From positions 1-64,000 of the IMG/VR virus record IMGVR_UViG_3300030372_003714: a stretch of DNA of 64,000 nt; one strand, 5' to 3'. Positions 48,342-56,777 of this stretch are shown piece by piece (the stretch's first letter is position 1; every line of letters starts with the position of its first letter). Under the pieces are notes generated by a model. It did no database searches. It was not told the DNA's origin and was given only the letters and a program-made list of their open reading frames with translations. A program made the position numbers and the translations under genes. Source of the stretch: a virus. Taxonomy: Duplodnaviria; Caudoviricetes.

Positions 48342-48737
48342 TTAATTATTAAGTTCATTTACAACACCCTGAACTTTTTTAGGCGCTTTCTTGGGACATA
48401 GTTTAAATTTTATATCACCTTCAAATCTTTTAACTTCTATTCCATCATTAAAAATAATTACTGTTGGTAATACTTTTATTTTAAAGGATTTGGCTTTTTC
48501 AGTTTCTACATTCATAATATAATACATAGCTCCTGTTATTTCTGATAACCAAGATGTACACATATTAGTTTCATTCCAGGGGGCCCAAAATTCAACAACA
48601 GATGTTCCACTATTTACTTTTGTAAAATTATCATCTGTTAATGTTGCTTGTGCATTACTTGCTGTGCCCATAAGAAACACAAATATCATAATCAAAATAT
48701 AAGTAATATACGTTTTTATCTCATTAGTCTCTTCCAT
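48342..48737 (-). CDS. Thioredoxin-fold protein lacking CxxC, with signal peptide
   Basis: VVEFWAPWN...KVLPTVIIFNDGIEVKRFEG; hydrophobic N-terminus ending SNAQA. Confidence 0.7.
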   Translation of the reverse strand: MEETNEIKTYITYILIMIFVFLMGTASNAQATLTDDNFTKVNSGTSVVEFWAPWNETNMCTSWLSEITGAMYYIMNVETEKAKSFKIKVLPTVIIFNDGIEVKRFEGDIKFKLCPKKAPKKVQGVVNELNN

Positions 48738-49015
48738 TATTTATATAATTTTTCTTCTATCTTTTCGATAGACTCCTTAATTTCTGTTACATCATCCTGA
48801 GTATTTAAGATCGTTTCGCGTATCATTTGATCTTTTAAATCATACTCCATTCTAGTTACTTCTGGTTCTGGTGGTATTGGTAATTCTTTCGCTTCTTCAA
48901 TATCAGCTTGTAGAGCGAACCACATTCCCACTAAAGAAACTATTCCAGCTATAATTAAACCTATTGTTTTTAAGTCTAATGTTATTTTTGTATTTTCCCC
49001 AATCTCTTTTGCCAT
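48737..49015 (-). CDS. Membrane-anchored coiled-coil protein
   Basis: One TM segment (IGLIIAGIVSLVGMWFAL) followed by a coiled coil. Confidence 0.55.
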   Translation of the reverse strand: MAKEIGENTKITLDLKTIGLIIAGIVSLVGMWFALQADIEEAKELPIPPEPEVTRMEYDLKDQMIRETILNTQDDVTEIKESIEKIEEKLYK

Positions 49016-49044
49016 TCATGTTATAATATTATAAAGTTAATAAT

Positions 49045-49599
49045 TTATTGAGTTTGTATTATCCATCCTGTAATAATATACTTATCATCTGATATAGGCA
49101 TTAATGCTCTATGAGGCCATTCCCATGTAGAAGGAAATAAAACTAATTTACCACATTCAGGTTTAATGCTGAAATCTTTAAACTCAGTTTCGCCTCCTTC
49201 TTTTACATCATTTAGATACCACATGTAAACAATATATCTTTTTTGTGAAGATGTTTCATCTACATGCCAGTCATAAAATCCAGATCCTTTATCATATTTT
49301 TGTACCTGATAACCTGAATCTGCTATATTAGGAGGAAAGTATACTTTGTCTCCTACCATAGTTGCATTAATATATTTAGAAACCTCATCTTTTAATTCTT
49401 CATATAATTTATTATCTAAATCTTTCCATCCCTCATTAAGACTAATATTCATATCTGTAGTCTTTTTAATATCTTCATTTACTCCTCCAGCCATTTGTCC
49501 TGGAGCTTTTCTCTCATCACTTTCAAATCTTTCTATCAGTTGTTTACATAATTCTGGTGAAAGGCTATTTTCTTTTATATATAAATTTTCTTTAGTCAT
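49045..49599 (-). CDS. 2OG-Fe(II) dioxygenase (prolyl-4-hydroxylase-like)
   Basis: YQVQKY...YDWHVD, YLNDVKEGGETEF, GKLVLFP, WPHRA, KYIITGW. Confidence 0.9.
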   Translation of the reverse strand: MTKENLYIKENSLSPELCKQLIERFESDERKAPGQMAGGVNEDIKKTTDMNISLNEGWKDLDNKLYEELKDEVSKYINATMVGDKVYFPPNIADSGYQVQKYDKGSGFYDWHVDETSSQKRYIVYMWYLNDVKEGGETEFKDFSIKPECGKLVLFPSTWEWPHRALMPISDDKYIITGWIIQTQ

Positions 49600-49602
49600 A
49601 AA

Positions 49603-49857
49603 TTAAACTGGTTTTCTTGAAAAAAATTTTTCATTCTCTAATATTTTCTTAAGTACTGAACATTTTTCATATTCTTCAGTTTCAATAAAATATTCAATCA
49701 TACCTTCTAGATCTGGCTCTTCTTGTCTAATGTCATAAGGTAATGAACACTCTCCTTCCTTATCCATTATTTTATCAAAAGTTTTAGCGCCTATAATAAT
49801 TTCATAGGCGTTGTTCATCGCTTCGTCTAATATTTCTGAATCATACTTTTCCTGCAT
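49603..49857 (-). CDS. Hypothetical protein with UVR-like C-terminal helix
   Basis: IEYFIETEEYEKCSVLK resembles the UvrB/C motif. Confidence 0.5.
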   Translation of the reverse strand: MQEKYDSEILDEAMNNAYEIIIGAKTFDKIMDKEGECSLPYDIRQEEPDLEGMIEYFIETEEYEKCSVLKKILENEKFFSRKPV

Positions 49858-50080
49858 ATTGTTTCTTTTTTATACTACTAATTAATTTTTCTAAATAAGC
49901 TGAGAATAATTCTAGAGGCATCCATTCTAATGTACATATTGATTTACCTTCGTAAAACATTACATTACCGAATACATCTATTGTGTCTTCTCCACCTACC
50001 TTTCTAGTTAATAATTTCTTATGATCTTTAGATGGTCTAAACCCATAATTATCTATTAATTGCTTTCTTGTAATTGCCAT
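49841..50080 (-). CDS. Hypothetical protein
   Basis: 79-aa ORF coupled to its neighbours. Confidence 0.55.
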   Translation of the reverse strand: MAITRKQLIDNYGFRPSKDHKKLLTRKVGGEDTIDVFGNVMFYEGKSICTLEWMPLELFSAYLEKLISSIKKKQYAGKV

Positions 50081-50081
50081 G

Positions 50082-50291
50082 TTATTGTTTTTTTCTAATA
50101 TATTCTAAAATTATATCTATCTTCTTTTTTATTTCATTCATATTATCAGCATTCTTCTCATGGTGTCGAGAAAATGTGTTTTTTACTTCATGTATGCTAA
50201 AAAAGAAAAAACGATATAAAGCATATAAAGCTCCTAGTAATAATACTAAAGGGAGCCCGTATCCTTCTATAAGTTTTAATATTTCTTCCAT
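50082..50291 (-). CDS. Small membrane protein (holin-like)
   Basis: TM segment YGLPLVLLLGALYALYRFFFF followed by a coiled coil. Confidence 0.5.
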   Translation of the reverse strand: MEEILKLIEGYGLPLVLLLGALYALYRFFFFSIHEVKNTFSRHHEKNADNMNEIKKKIDIILEYIRKKQ

Positions 50292-50294
50292 TCA

Positions 50295-50651
50295 CTATTC
50301 TGTTTTTGCATTGGGCCAGTAGCCTAAAGGACAATCCGAGGATCTCCAAGTTGCTTTAGTAGTGAGTATACATCCACATCTATTACATGTTCCTCCATGA
50401 TTATGTGTACATTTTGAACATATATTAAGTCTAGCTGTTAATTCATTTTTATCTACTTTAACCATACCATCTGCTACGTGATCTACTATAGCTTCACCAA
50501 AATTTAAAGCCTTTTTCAAAAGACTAGGGCTGCTAGTATTATTTTCCTTAACAGGCTCTATCTCTTGTTTTGGAACTTCAAATCCTTTTGAAGTAATTGG
50601 TGTAACAACAGGTTGTCCCACTTTTTTATTTTTATTGCATCCGCATCCCAT
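50295..50651 (-). CDS. Cys-cluster (putative metal-binding) protein
   Basis: MGCGC start; RLNICSKC...CNRCGC...CPLGYW. Confidence 0.6.
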   Translation of the reverse strand: MGCGCNKNKKVGQPVVTPITSKGFEVPKQEIEPVKENNTSSPSLLKKALNFGEAIVDHVADGMVKVDKNELTARLNICSKCTHNHGGTCNRCGCILTTKATWRSSDCPLGYWPNAKTE

Positions 50652-50662
50652 AATTATTAATT

Positions 50663-51202
50663 TTATCGTTCATATAATCCGATGTCTCCGCCTCCTCTAA
50701 CACGAGATTCAGTTTTAACTTCTTTTTTAATTCTAGTTTCTAACTTATCTAAACTGTCTACAATACTTCCTACTTTCTCTAAATTGTAGGCTACATCTTT
50801 TGCAGTATAAATAGGCTTTCCATTATCATCTGTTTTAAGAAAATCTATATTCTCAAAATATCCAGCTAATTTATCAGCTGCTCCTTTTGCCGCCCTCATG
50901 AGTCTCATTGTATGAGTCTCTTGAAATTCCTGGTATCTCTTGATGGCTTCTTTTATTTCAGGAGTTTCTTTCCATTTGTCCTCTTTCATAAAGTCCTTAA
51001 TAATAACATCCTTTCGTTTATGTGTAGGATATACTGCATAAGGACTATTATAATCACACATAAAAAAGATATAAGATATTTCTCTAGTAGCTTTATCTTT
51101 ACCTTTTGTTTTATCTTTTTTCCAGATCTCTCTAAACCCAGGCAATGCTAAAGAGTCTGGGTTTAATACTATATTTCCGTTTTTTAAATCAAATAATGCC
51201 AT
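50663..51202 (-). CDS. Conserved crAss-like protein, possible terminase small subunit
   Basis: DKTKGKDKATREISYIFFMCDYNSPY and C-terminal RVRGGG; functional label is tentative. Confidence 0.45.
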   Translation of the reverse strand: MALFDLKNGNIVLNPDSLALPGFREIWKKDKTKGKDKATREISYIFFMCDYNSPYAVYPTHKRKDVIIKDFMKEDKWKETPEIKEAIKRYQEFQETHTMRLMRAAKGAADKLAGYFENIDFLKTDDNGKPIYTAKDVAYNLEKVGSIVDSLDKLETRIKKEVKTESRVRGGGDIGLYER

Positions 51203-51205
51203 TTC

Positions 51206-52894
51206 TTAAGCTTGTTGGTTAGGGGTTGCACATGTTTGAGGAGGTGGTGAACTAGCTCCGCAACAAGTAGGATCTGATGCTGCATCTCCCCCATTATTGT
51301 TTGGGAAATATGGATAAGTACTATGAACTGGAACTAATGTATAATTTGTTTTATCTATACTCTGAAGGTCTCCTCCGCTATAGAATAAAATTTCTCCAGC
51401 CTCACACCACAGTGAAACTACAACACTAGTCGTTGCAATACTTCCTAAAACAGTTCCATTTATATCATAATGCTTTATAACATTGGGTTGGCCCATTTGC
51501 GCAATCCATATAGTATCAGTAGTTGGGTCATATACCATATCACCAGCTGGTTGTGTTTGATCTGTAGCAAATAACAACGTTTTTGTAAATGTACTTGTTC
51601 CTGGATCTAAGTCTATTTGGTATATATTAAAACCTTCATTATTTAAAAGCTTATTTACTCCCATTGAACAAAAGGAATTACCCGGCATAAAAGAACCTAC
51701 ATTAATACCATACATATTACTAAAAGTTACCGTTGTACCTGTTGGGTCTATTTCAAGCTCATTTATCAACCGTATAGAACTCCCTTGTATTGGTGTATAA
51801 GTAAAAGAAGTATATATTTTATTACCGAATTTAGCCACACTACCAGTATTTGATGAAAGAGTTCCGTTAAGATTAAAAGGAGGTCCTGAAATAGCAGCAT
51901 TTATCATATTATAACAATCTTCTTCATTCATTAATTGAAAACCAACTCCTGGCGCATTCATTGTACTAGGTACAACAAATATTCCTCTGTTTATATTATC
52001 CCAACCAAAAGAACCACTTGTAACATAGGCAGTAACCATTGCGCAAGCATCTAATGCTCCTGATGCTGATCTATTAATTGCCTGTTGTCCTGGTGATGCA
52101 CATGAAGGTGTTACTGTAGTAATGCATACAGGATCTTGTTTTAATGATGAGCATTCATTATATGCAGGATTACAATCACTAATTTGTATTGGTATCCATT
52201 GAGATCCCCAACAAGTACTAGCACAAGGATAATGATATGGATTACCTGGAGGAGCGCAAGATACTGGTACTCCTAATATAGCATTAGTTGGGGTACCACC
52301 TTCAAATACAGCGCACGGAAAATGATATGGTCCATTACCATCACAATCATTCACCTTAACATATTTCCCAATTTGGCCTGTGCAGGTTGGACAATTCGAC
52401 TGACTACTACTATTAGCAGATAGAGCCATTGTATATCTTAAATTCTGTGGTAATAATTCTTCTGTTGTATACGGAGGTCCTACCCATGTCTTTACTGGAG
52501 TTTCTTTTTTTACTTCTTTTTCTTTGGCTTTAGGTTTAACATTAGATAGACGTGGATTTGATGCTTGAACTTTTTTAGCATACCCTGCTTCAGGCAGTTT
52601 ATATTTTTTATTAAACTCTTTAGTAGGAATAGCTTCAATTTTTGTTATTAATCCGCCAGCTGCTGGTGTAGCGTTAAGTAATGGATTATCATTAGTAAGT
52701 CTAACAGCAGGATCTAGATTTGTTTTTTGTGGCTTATTATCTTTTCCAGGCTGTAATAATAAATCAGATAGATATTGTATTCTTTCTTTATCTTTTTTTG
52801 TAGCAAAATTAATCATTGTACCTCCCGGTAAAGAGAACGGGTACAATGATTTTTGTTTTGGATGTTCTATAAATCTAGATTTCTTTTTTGCCAT
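51206..52894 (-). CDS. Bipartite protein: basic N-terminus, then Cys-rich and beta-propeller-like region
   Basis: Lys-rich first ~150 aa, then CPTC, KVNDCDG and other Cys clusters, then 'GDMVYDPTTDTIWI...IKHYDING' propeller-like blades. Confidence 0.55.
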   Translation of the reverse strand: MAKKKSRFIEHPKQKSLYPFSLPGGTMINFATKKDKERIQYLSDLLLQPGKDNKPQKTNLDPAVRLTNDNPLLNATPAAGGLITKIEAIPTKEFNKKYKLPEAGYAKKVQASNPRLSNVKPKAKEKEVKKETPVKTWVGPPYTTEELLPQNLRYTMALSANSSSQSNCPTCTGQIGKYVKVNDCDGNGPYHFPCAVFEGGTPTNAILGVPVSCAPPGNPYHYPCASTCWGSQWIPIQISDCNPAYNECSSLKQDPVCITTVTPSCASPGQQAINRSASGALDACAMVTAYVTSGSFGWDNINRGIFVVPSTMNAPGVGFQLMNEEDCYNMINAAISGPPFNLNGTLSSNTGSVAKFGNKIYTSFTYTPIQGSSIRLINELEIDPTGTTVTFSNMYGINVGSFMPGNSFCSMGVNKLLNNEGFNIYQIDLDPGTSTFTKTLLFATDQTQPAGDMVYDPTTDTIWIAQMGQPNVIKHYDINGTVLGSIATTSVVVSLWCEAGEILFYSGGDLQSIDKTNYTLVPVHSTYPYFPNNNGGDAASDPTCCGASSPPPQTCATPNQQA

Positions 52895-52896
52895 TA

Positions 52897-53199
52897 TTAT
52901 GATATTTCGTATCCTCCACCTTTTATCGTATCATTGAATTCTGGTGCTGATAGACCAGATGCTGGATTTATTTCCCAGCTATATGTTAATCCATTATAAT
53001 ACGCATTTATATCAGCCTCTAAGGTAGCTTTTTGCTGTTCTAACTCTTTCTTTACAATGTCTAAATTAATTAGCTCTTTGTTTTCCGGATCAGGATTAGA
53101 AGTATAAAAGATTATATCCCCCTCAACTCTATGCAAAGACTCTGTCACTTGCTGTAGATTTTCTCTCATTATATCTATATTTACGGTCCAATTATTCAT
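52897..53199 (-). CDS. Hypothetical coiled-coil protein
   Basis: 100-aa ORF in operon orientation. Confidence 0.5.
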   Translation of the reverse strand: MNNWTVNIDIMRENLQQVTESLHRVEGDIIFYTSNPDPENKELINLDIVKKELEQQKATLEADINAYYNGLTYSWEINPASGLSAPEFNDTIKGGGYEIS

Positions 53200-53401
53200 T
53201 AGCTGTTTCTTGGTTTATTATATATAATCTTTTCGGCTTTACTTTAAATACGCCAAAATGATGCAATCTCACTTTAGCGCATTCACCCTCTTCCATTTTA
53301 TCTTGAACAAATTTAAACTGCGATTTAACTATACTCTCTACTACAAAATCTGGTAAATCATATTTTTCTGCTAGTTGTTCAATCAAATCTTTATCAATCA
53401 T
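53192..53401 (-). CDS. HU/IHF-like DNA-binding protein
   Basis: LIEQLAEKYDL...VESIVKSQF...KVRLHHFGVFKVK, an HU/IHF fold pattern. Confidence 0.75.
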   Translation of the reverse strand: MIDKDLIEQLAEKYDLPDFVVESIVKSQFKFVQDKMEEGECAKVRLHHFGVFKVKPKRLYIINQETANE

Positions 53402-53403
53402 GC

Positions 53404-53736
53404 TTATTTACACCTTTTGTAAAAAACTGCATCTGCACCTGCCACATCACATGATTCAATATTCATTTCCCAACTCATAGAATATCTTAAATCGAGATTT
53501 AGTGTTGTTACAGGAGCATTATTAGCTAGAGCTGAATCATTCCATGGCTCTCCTTTCCAAACGATATTACTTAAAATGAGAGGGGCTGCCGCAAGGCCTT
53601 TCATCATGACATAGTCACCAGCTGGTAAAGCTTGTCCCTTACGTACTAACTGTGCACCACAACCACAACCTGGATCGGTTGAGTTGCTTTGCTTGTTTAT
53701 TGCACTTACTAATCTGCTATTATCTGTTATTGCCAT
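53404..53736 (-). CDS. Hypothetical protein
   Basis: 110-aa ORF with a GCGCG motif. Confidence 0.55.
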   Translation of the reverse strand: MAITDNSRLVSAINKQSNSTDPGCGCGAQLVRKGQALPAGDYVMMKGLAAAPLILSNIVWKGEPWNDSALANNAPVTTLNLDLRYSMSWEMNIESCDVAGADAVFYKRCK

Positions 53737-53758
53737 TATTCTTCGTTTTTAAATTTAG

Positions 53759-53830
53759 TAGCGGGTGAAGGAATCGAACCTCCGGCTCTGGCTAATGAAA
53801 CCAGCGAGTTCACCATTACTCTAACCCGCG
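53759..53830 (-). tRNA. tRNA-Met (CAT), initiator-like, no encoded CCA
   Basis: Cloverleaf: CGCGGGT/ACCCGCT (C1:T72 mismatch), D stem GAGT/ACTC, anticodon stem CTGGT/GCCAG with loop TTCATTA, T arm GGAGG-TTCGATT-CCTTC; followed by CTA. Confidence 0.85.
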
Positions 53831-54189
53831 ATATTATTTTTTTCTAAAAAGTAATTGGTTCTAGGATAGTTCTTCGCATCATCTTTTACATATGCATCAC
53901 GATCTACTCGTACTTCTAAGAAATCAAATGCATCTTTCTTAAAGCTATCTTTATTCTTTTTTCCTAAATCCGCTATTGCTGTATACATATATCCACACGG
54001 AGCCCCTGAAGGATCTAATACGCTCCATATTCTCCTCGGAGTACCATCATTAGCTTCTGCTTTAAACATAACCTTGAGTTTGTGGTTATCGATATAAGTA
54101 AAAGCTTCCTCTTTATTCACGATACATGCATTAGCTTGTTTATGCGTACAGTAGAATAGTTCTTTCCAGTCTTTTTCCTTTTTTGCCAT
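53821..54189 (-). CDS. Hypothetical protein, first gene of the leftward unit
   Basis: 122-aa ORF after the 54238 promoter box; its last 10 nt overlap the tRNA. Confidence 0.5.
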   Translation of the reverse strand: MAKKEKDWKELFYCTHKQANACIVNKEEAFTYIDNHKLKVMFKAEANDGTPRRIWSVLDPSGAPCGYMYTAIADLGKKNKDSFKKDAFDFLEVRVDRDAYVKDDAKNYPRTNYFLEKNNIAG

Positions 54190-54237
54190 TAACTTTCATT
54201 TTAGCTATAGTTTTATACTTAACTATAATTATGGTGA

Positions 54238-54245
54238 CAAAGATA
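54238..54245 (-). promoter_or_regulatory. Bacteroidota-type -7 promoter box (TATCTTTG) at the head of the leftward unit
   Basis: Reads TTTTTTTATATATCTTTGTC on the minus strand at the strand-switch point. Confidence 0.7.
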
Positions 54246-54400
54246 TATAAAAAAATCCTATAAAAAATAATTTTTTCTATAAAATTTTTTATGGTATATA
54301 TTCTAAGATGCAGACCATTATTGAAAAGTCCCCCCGGTCTGAAAGAGAAATCAAATCCCCCCACGTCGAAATTAGATCATAACCATTACAGAATATTGGT

Positions 54401-54643
54401 ATGGATAATACATCTACTACTACTACAGTTAAGTCTCCTAAGAGATATGGTCGTTATGACATTGTTACTCTTAAGTCTGACGGTTCTAGGAAGATAGTTC
54501 TTCGTAGAGACGGACAACTTAAGTACGACACTGTTACTGACAAGTTCGTATCAACTAAGGGAGATGAGTGGTTTGAGTATACTGAAGAGGTAATTCAGTA
54601 TCTTGACAAATCCCTTCAAGAGAAAGGATACATTGAACTGTAG
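54401..54643 (+). CDS. Hypothetical early protein
   Basis: 80-aa ORF, first on the plus strand. Confidence 0.55.
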   Translation: MDNTSTTTTVKSPKRYGRYDIVTLKSDGSRKIVLRRDGQLKYDTVTDKFVSTKGDEWFEYTEEVIQYLDKSLQEKGYIEL

Positions 54644-55297
54644 TAGATACTAATCATCACACCAGATGAACAGTATTGGAGTCGTTATACACTCTATCAA
54701 TCAGTATAACACACAACACTCGGGTCGTTCCCTAACTCACTGACTAAGGTTTATCCTAAAGGTGAGAGTGTTGTTCTTTTTTAGATCTATGACCATTACT
54801 AAGTTTTGGTAGGTTAAGTGTTGTTCACTTATAATTGACGACTTAAGAAAGTTATTGTAATACAATAGAAGTTCGACAGATGATCTAATTCAGAAAAGAT
54901 GTCTTCCTACCTTTATTAGGAACTAGTGTTGAGTGTGTGTGTGTGAGACACAAGGAGAACAAGTGTTATGACCCCTTGAGTAAAATCAAGAACTACTTGT
55001 CTCTTCTTTTTTTTTAGATCAACGACCTTTACTAAAATTTGGATACGATTAACCACAATCTGTGTGTGTGTGATACGAATTATATTCCTCATTCCCTTAT
55101 AAAACAACTCAACACTTAATGATATTGATAAGAATGATGAAAATAAGTATACATAGACACTTATGTGTGTTAAGACTACCATTTAACTAACATTTTAACT
55201 AATTGTTATTATAGTATATTAATATATATATAGCTAAAGTGCTACTATGATAACTACAAACCGAAGAGAACAATGTGATAACCGTTCAACTAAACAA

Positions 55298-55990
55298 ATG
55301 GCGAAAATACAATATACGCAACAAGAGCAAGATGCTATCAAATCATTACAAACTGGTCAAGCACTTGCATTAAACATCAAGAGAATTAACTCTAAGACTG
55401 ATGTAAAGAACTACAGCATTGAAGTAAGACAAAGACTGTCTGAAAGTGCATCATTTAATCTATTAGGTTTTATGAATCCAAATAATCCATCATTCTCATC
55501 ATCTAGTGGTGTAAGAGTTGGTTGGATGACTGTTAGTGCTGAACAAGCTACAAGTTTGTTTGGTGTTGATAGCAATGCTTTAGACAATTTACCTATTGAT
55601 AGTGGTTTCACTAGAATATTTATAGGTAAACTTAATCCATCATTCGCAATGCCTGATGGAAGCGAGAAATACTTGCAATTACAAATCAATGCTAAATTCT
55701 TGAGTGAGTTTGACCCAACTACAGAAAATGGGAAATACAAGCACAATAATGTTGATAGAGTTGCAAAGAAAAATCCTGGTACAAACAAGTTTATAATGGG
55801 CTTGAATAAAAATACAGGTGAGATTGAACATATCATTGAAGAAACAGTGGTTAAATCATCTACAATGCGCGATGGAGTGCTTGTTAAAGATGGTTGGGAC
55901 CACGTTATCATTGAAGAATATGTTGGTGAAGCAGAAACTAAAACAGTTCAACAAGCTGTTGAGCAAATGTCTGAATTACCAACATTATAG
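55298..55990 (+). CDS. Hypothetical early protein (possibly ssDNA-binding)
   Basis: The track starts at 55247; MAKIQY at 55298, after an A-rich leader, is the likelier start. Beta-rich with an acidic C-terminus; SSB is a guess. Confidence 0.5.
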   Translation: MAKIQYTQQEQDAIKSLQTGQALALNIKRINSKTDVKNYSIEVRQRLSESASFNLLGFMNPNNPSFSSSSGVRVGWMTVSAEQATSLFGVDSNALDNLPIDSGFTRIFIGKLNPSFAMPDGSEKYLQLQINAKFLSEFDPTTENGKYKHNNVDRVAKKNPGTNKFIMGLNKNTGEIEHIIEETVVKSSTMRDGVLVKDGWDHVIIEEYVGEAETKTVQQAVEQMSELPTL

Positions 55991-56080
55991 TATTAATCTG
56001 GTGTGAATAGTTGTGTGTGAGTGTGTGGCTTCGTGTCACCACTCTACATACATCTAGAATTACCATAAAAACAGTTTGTT

Positions 56081-56314
56081 ATGAGAAATCAATTTAAACA
56101 TCTATTAGATACATTATTTGTATCACTATTATACATTGGTATGATAGTATTTCCACTATTCATTGTATTAAACATATTAAATGTATGGGATCTAGGTAGT
56201 GGATTGTTAAATTTAATTGCCATCATATTTGCAGTAATATTTACTATTGCGTGTAAGTATGGTACAAGAGAAGCAAGAATTAGTCATAATCGTGGCGATA
56301 GATTCTTGTTTTAA
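56081..56314 (+). CDS. Two-TM membrane protein
   Basis: Two long hydrophobic segments. Confidence 0.6.
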   Translation: MRNQFKHLLDTLFVSLLYIGMIVFPLFIVLNILNVWDLGSGLLNLIAIIFAVIFTIACKYGTREARISHNRGDRFLF

Positions 56315-56319
56315 TTAAT

Positions 56320-56368
56320 AATAAGGTACAGGGAGTTCCTGCTAAGTTAGTTACCGCTCAGCCTTATT
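56320..56368 (+). ncRNA. Putative structured RNA motif, copy 1
   Basis: AATAAGG/CCTTATT closing stem and CAGG/CCTG inner stem; shares three sequence blocks with copy 2. Confidence 0.55.
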
Positions 56369-56394
56369 TATCTTTTAATTTAAACTATATTGTT

Positions 56395-56604
56395 ATGATA
56401 GTATTAAGATCAGAATCACAGGTTAAATCATTTATGAAAAGAATGAATAAAGAACATAGTCGTTGTTATTATGATTATGATGAATCGTATGACCAATGGG
56501 TATTTAAAGATGGTAATAAAATAGTTCTTCGTTATCATAGACAATTTGGAAATTATGAAGAACATAATGATCAGCTTTTAGCTGTGATAAAGAATAAAGC
56601 TTAG
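56395..56604 (+). CDS. Hypothetical protein
   Basis: 69-aa ORF. Confidence 0.55.
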   Translation: MIVLRSESQVKSFMKRMNKEHSRCYYDYDESYDQWVFKDGNKIVLRYHRQFGNYEEHNDQLLAVIKNKA

Positions 56605-56613
56605 CGGCTTTAT
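56594..56613 (+). terminator. Terminator-like hairpin
   Basis: ATAAAGC-TTAGCG-GCTTTAT over the stop codon; weak U-tract. Confidence 0.4.
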
Positions 56614-56709
56614 ATTGTGACATTAGTCAGTCACTCTTAAATAGCATAGGGTGACTCCTATTCAGGGTTAGCAACCCTTATTCCTAGAAGACTAGAATTA
56701 AATAAAGCT

Positions 56710-56777
56710 AATAAGGTACAGGTATTTGCTTGATGATGTAAATAGTTCCTGCTAAGTTGATGTTATCCAGCCTTATT
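56710..56777 (+). ncRNA. Putative structured RNA motif, copy 2
   Basis: Same stems as copy 1, with the inner hairpin extended by ATTTGC/GTAAAT. Confidence 0.55.

Noticed and set aside
18141-51151. Other nested or antisense ORFs (18141, 19012, 20692, 22263, 23328, 25394, 25644, 33787, 33989, 35162, 40267, 40661, 41556, 42809, 45343, 45951, 49346, 50074, 50912)
   Set aside because: They overlap stronger genes and carry no recognisable motifs.
56320-56777. CRISPR array, or HDV-like (theta) or pistol ribozyme assignment for the repeated motif
   Set aside because: Only two copies, with no regular spacers. CTAAG resembles the HDV J4/2 strand but there is no room for P3/L3/P1.1. Pistol-like TAAATA occurs only in copy 2.
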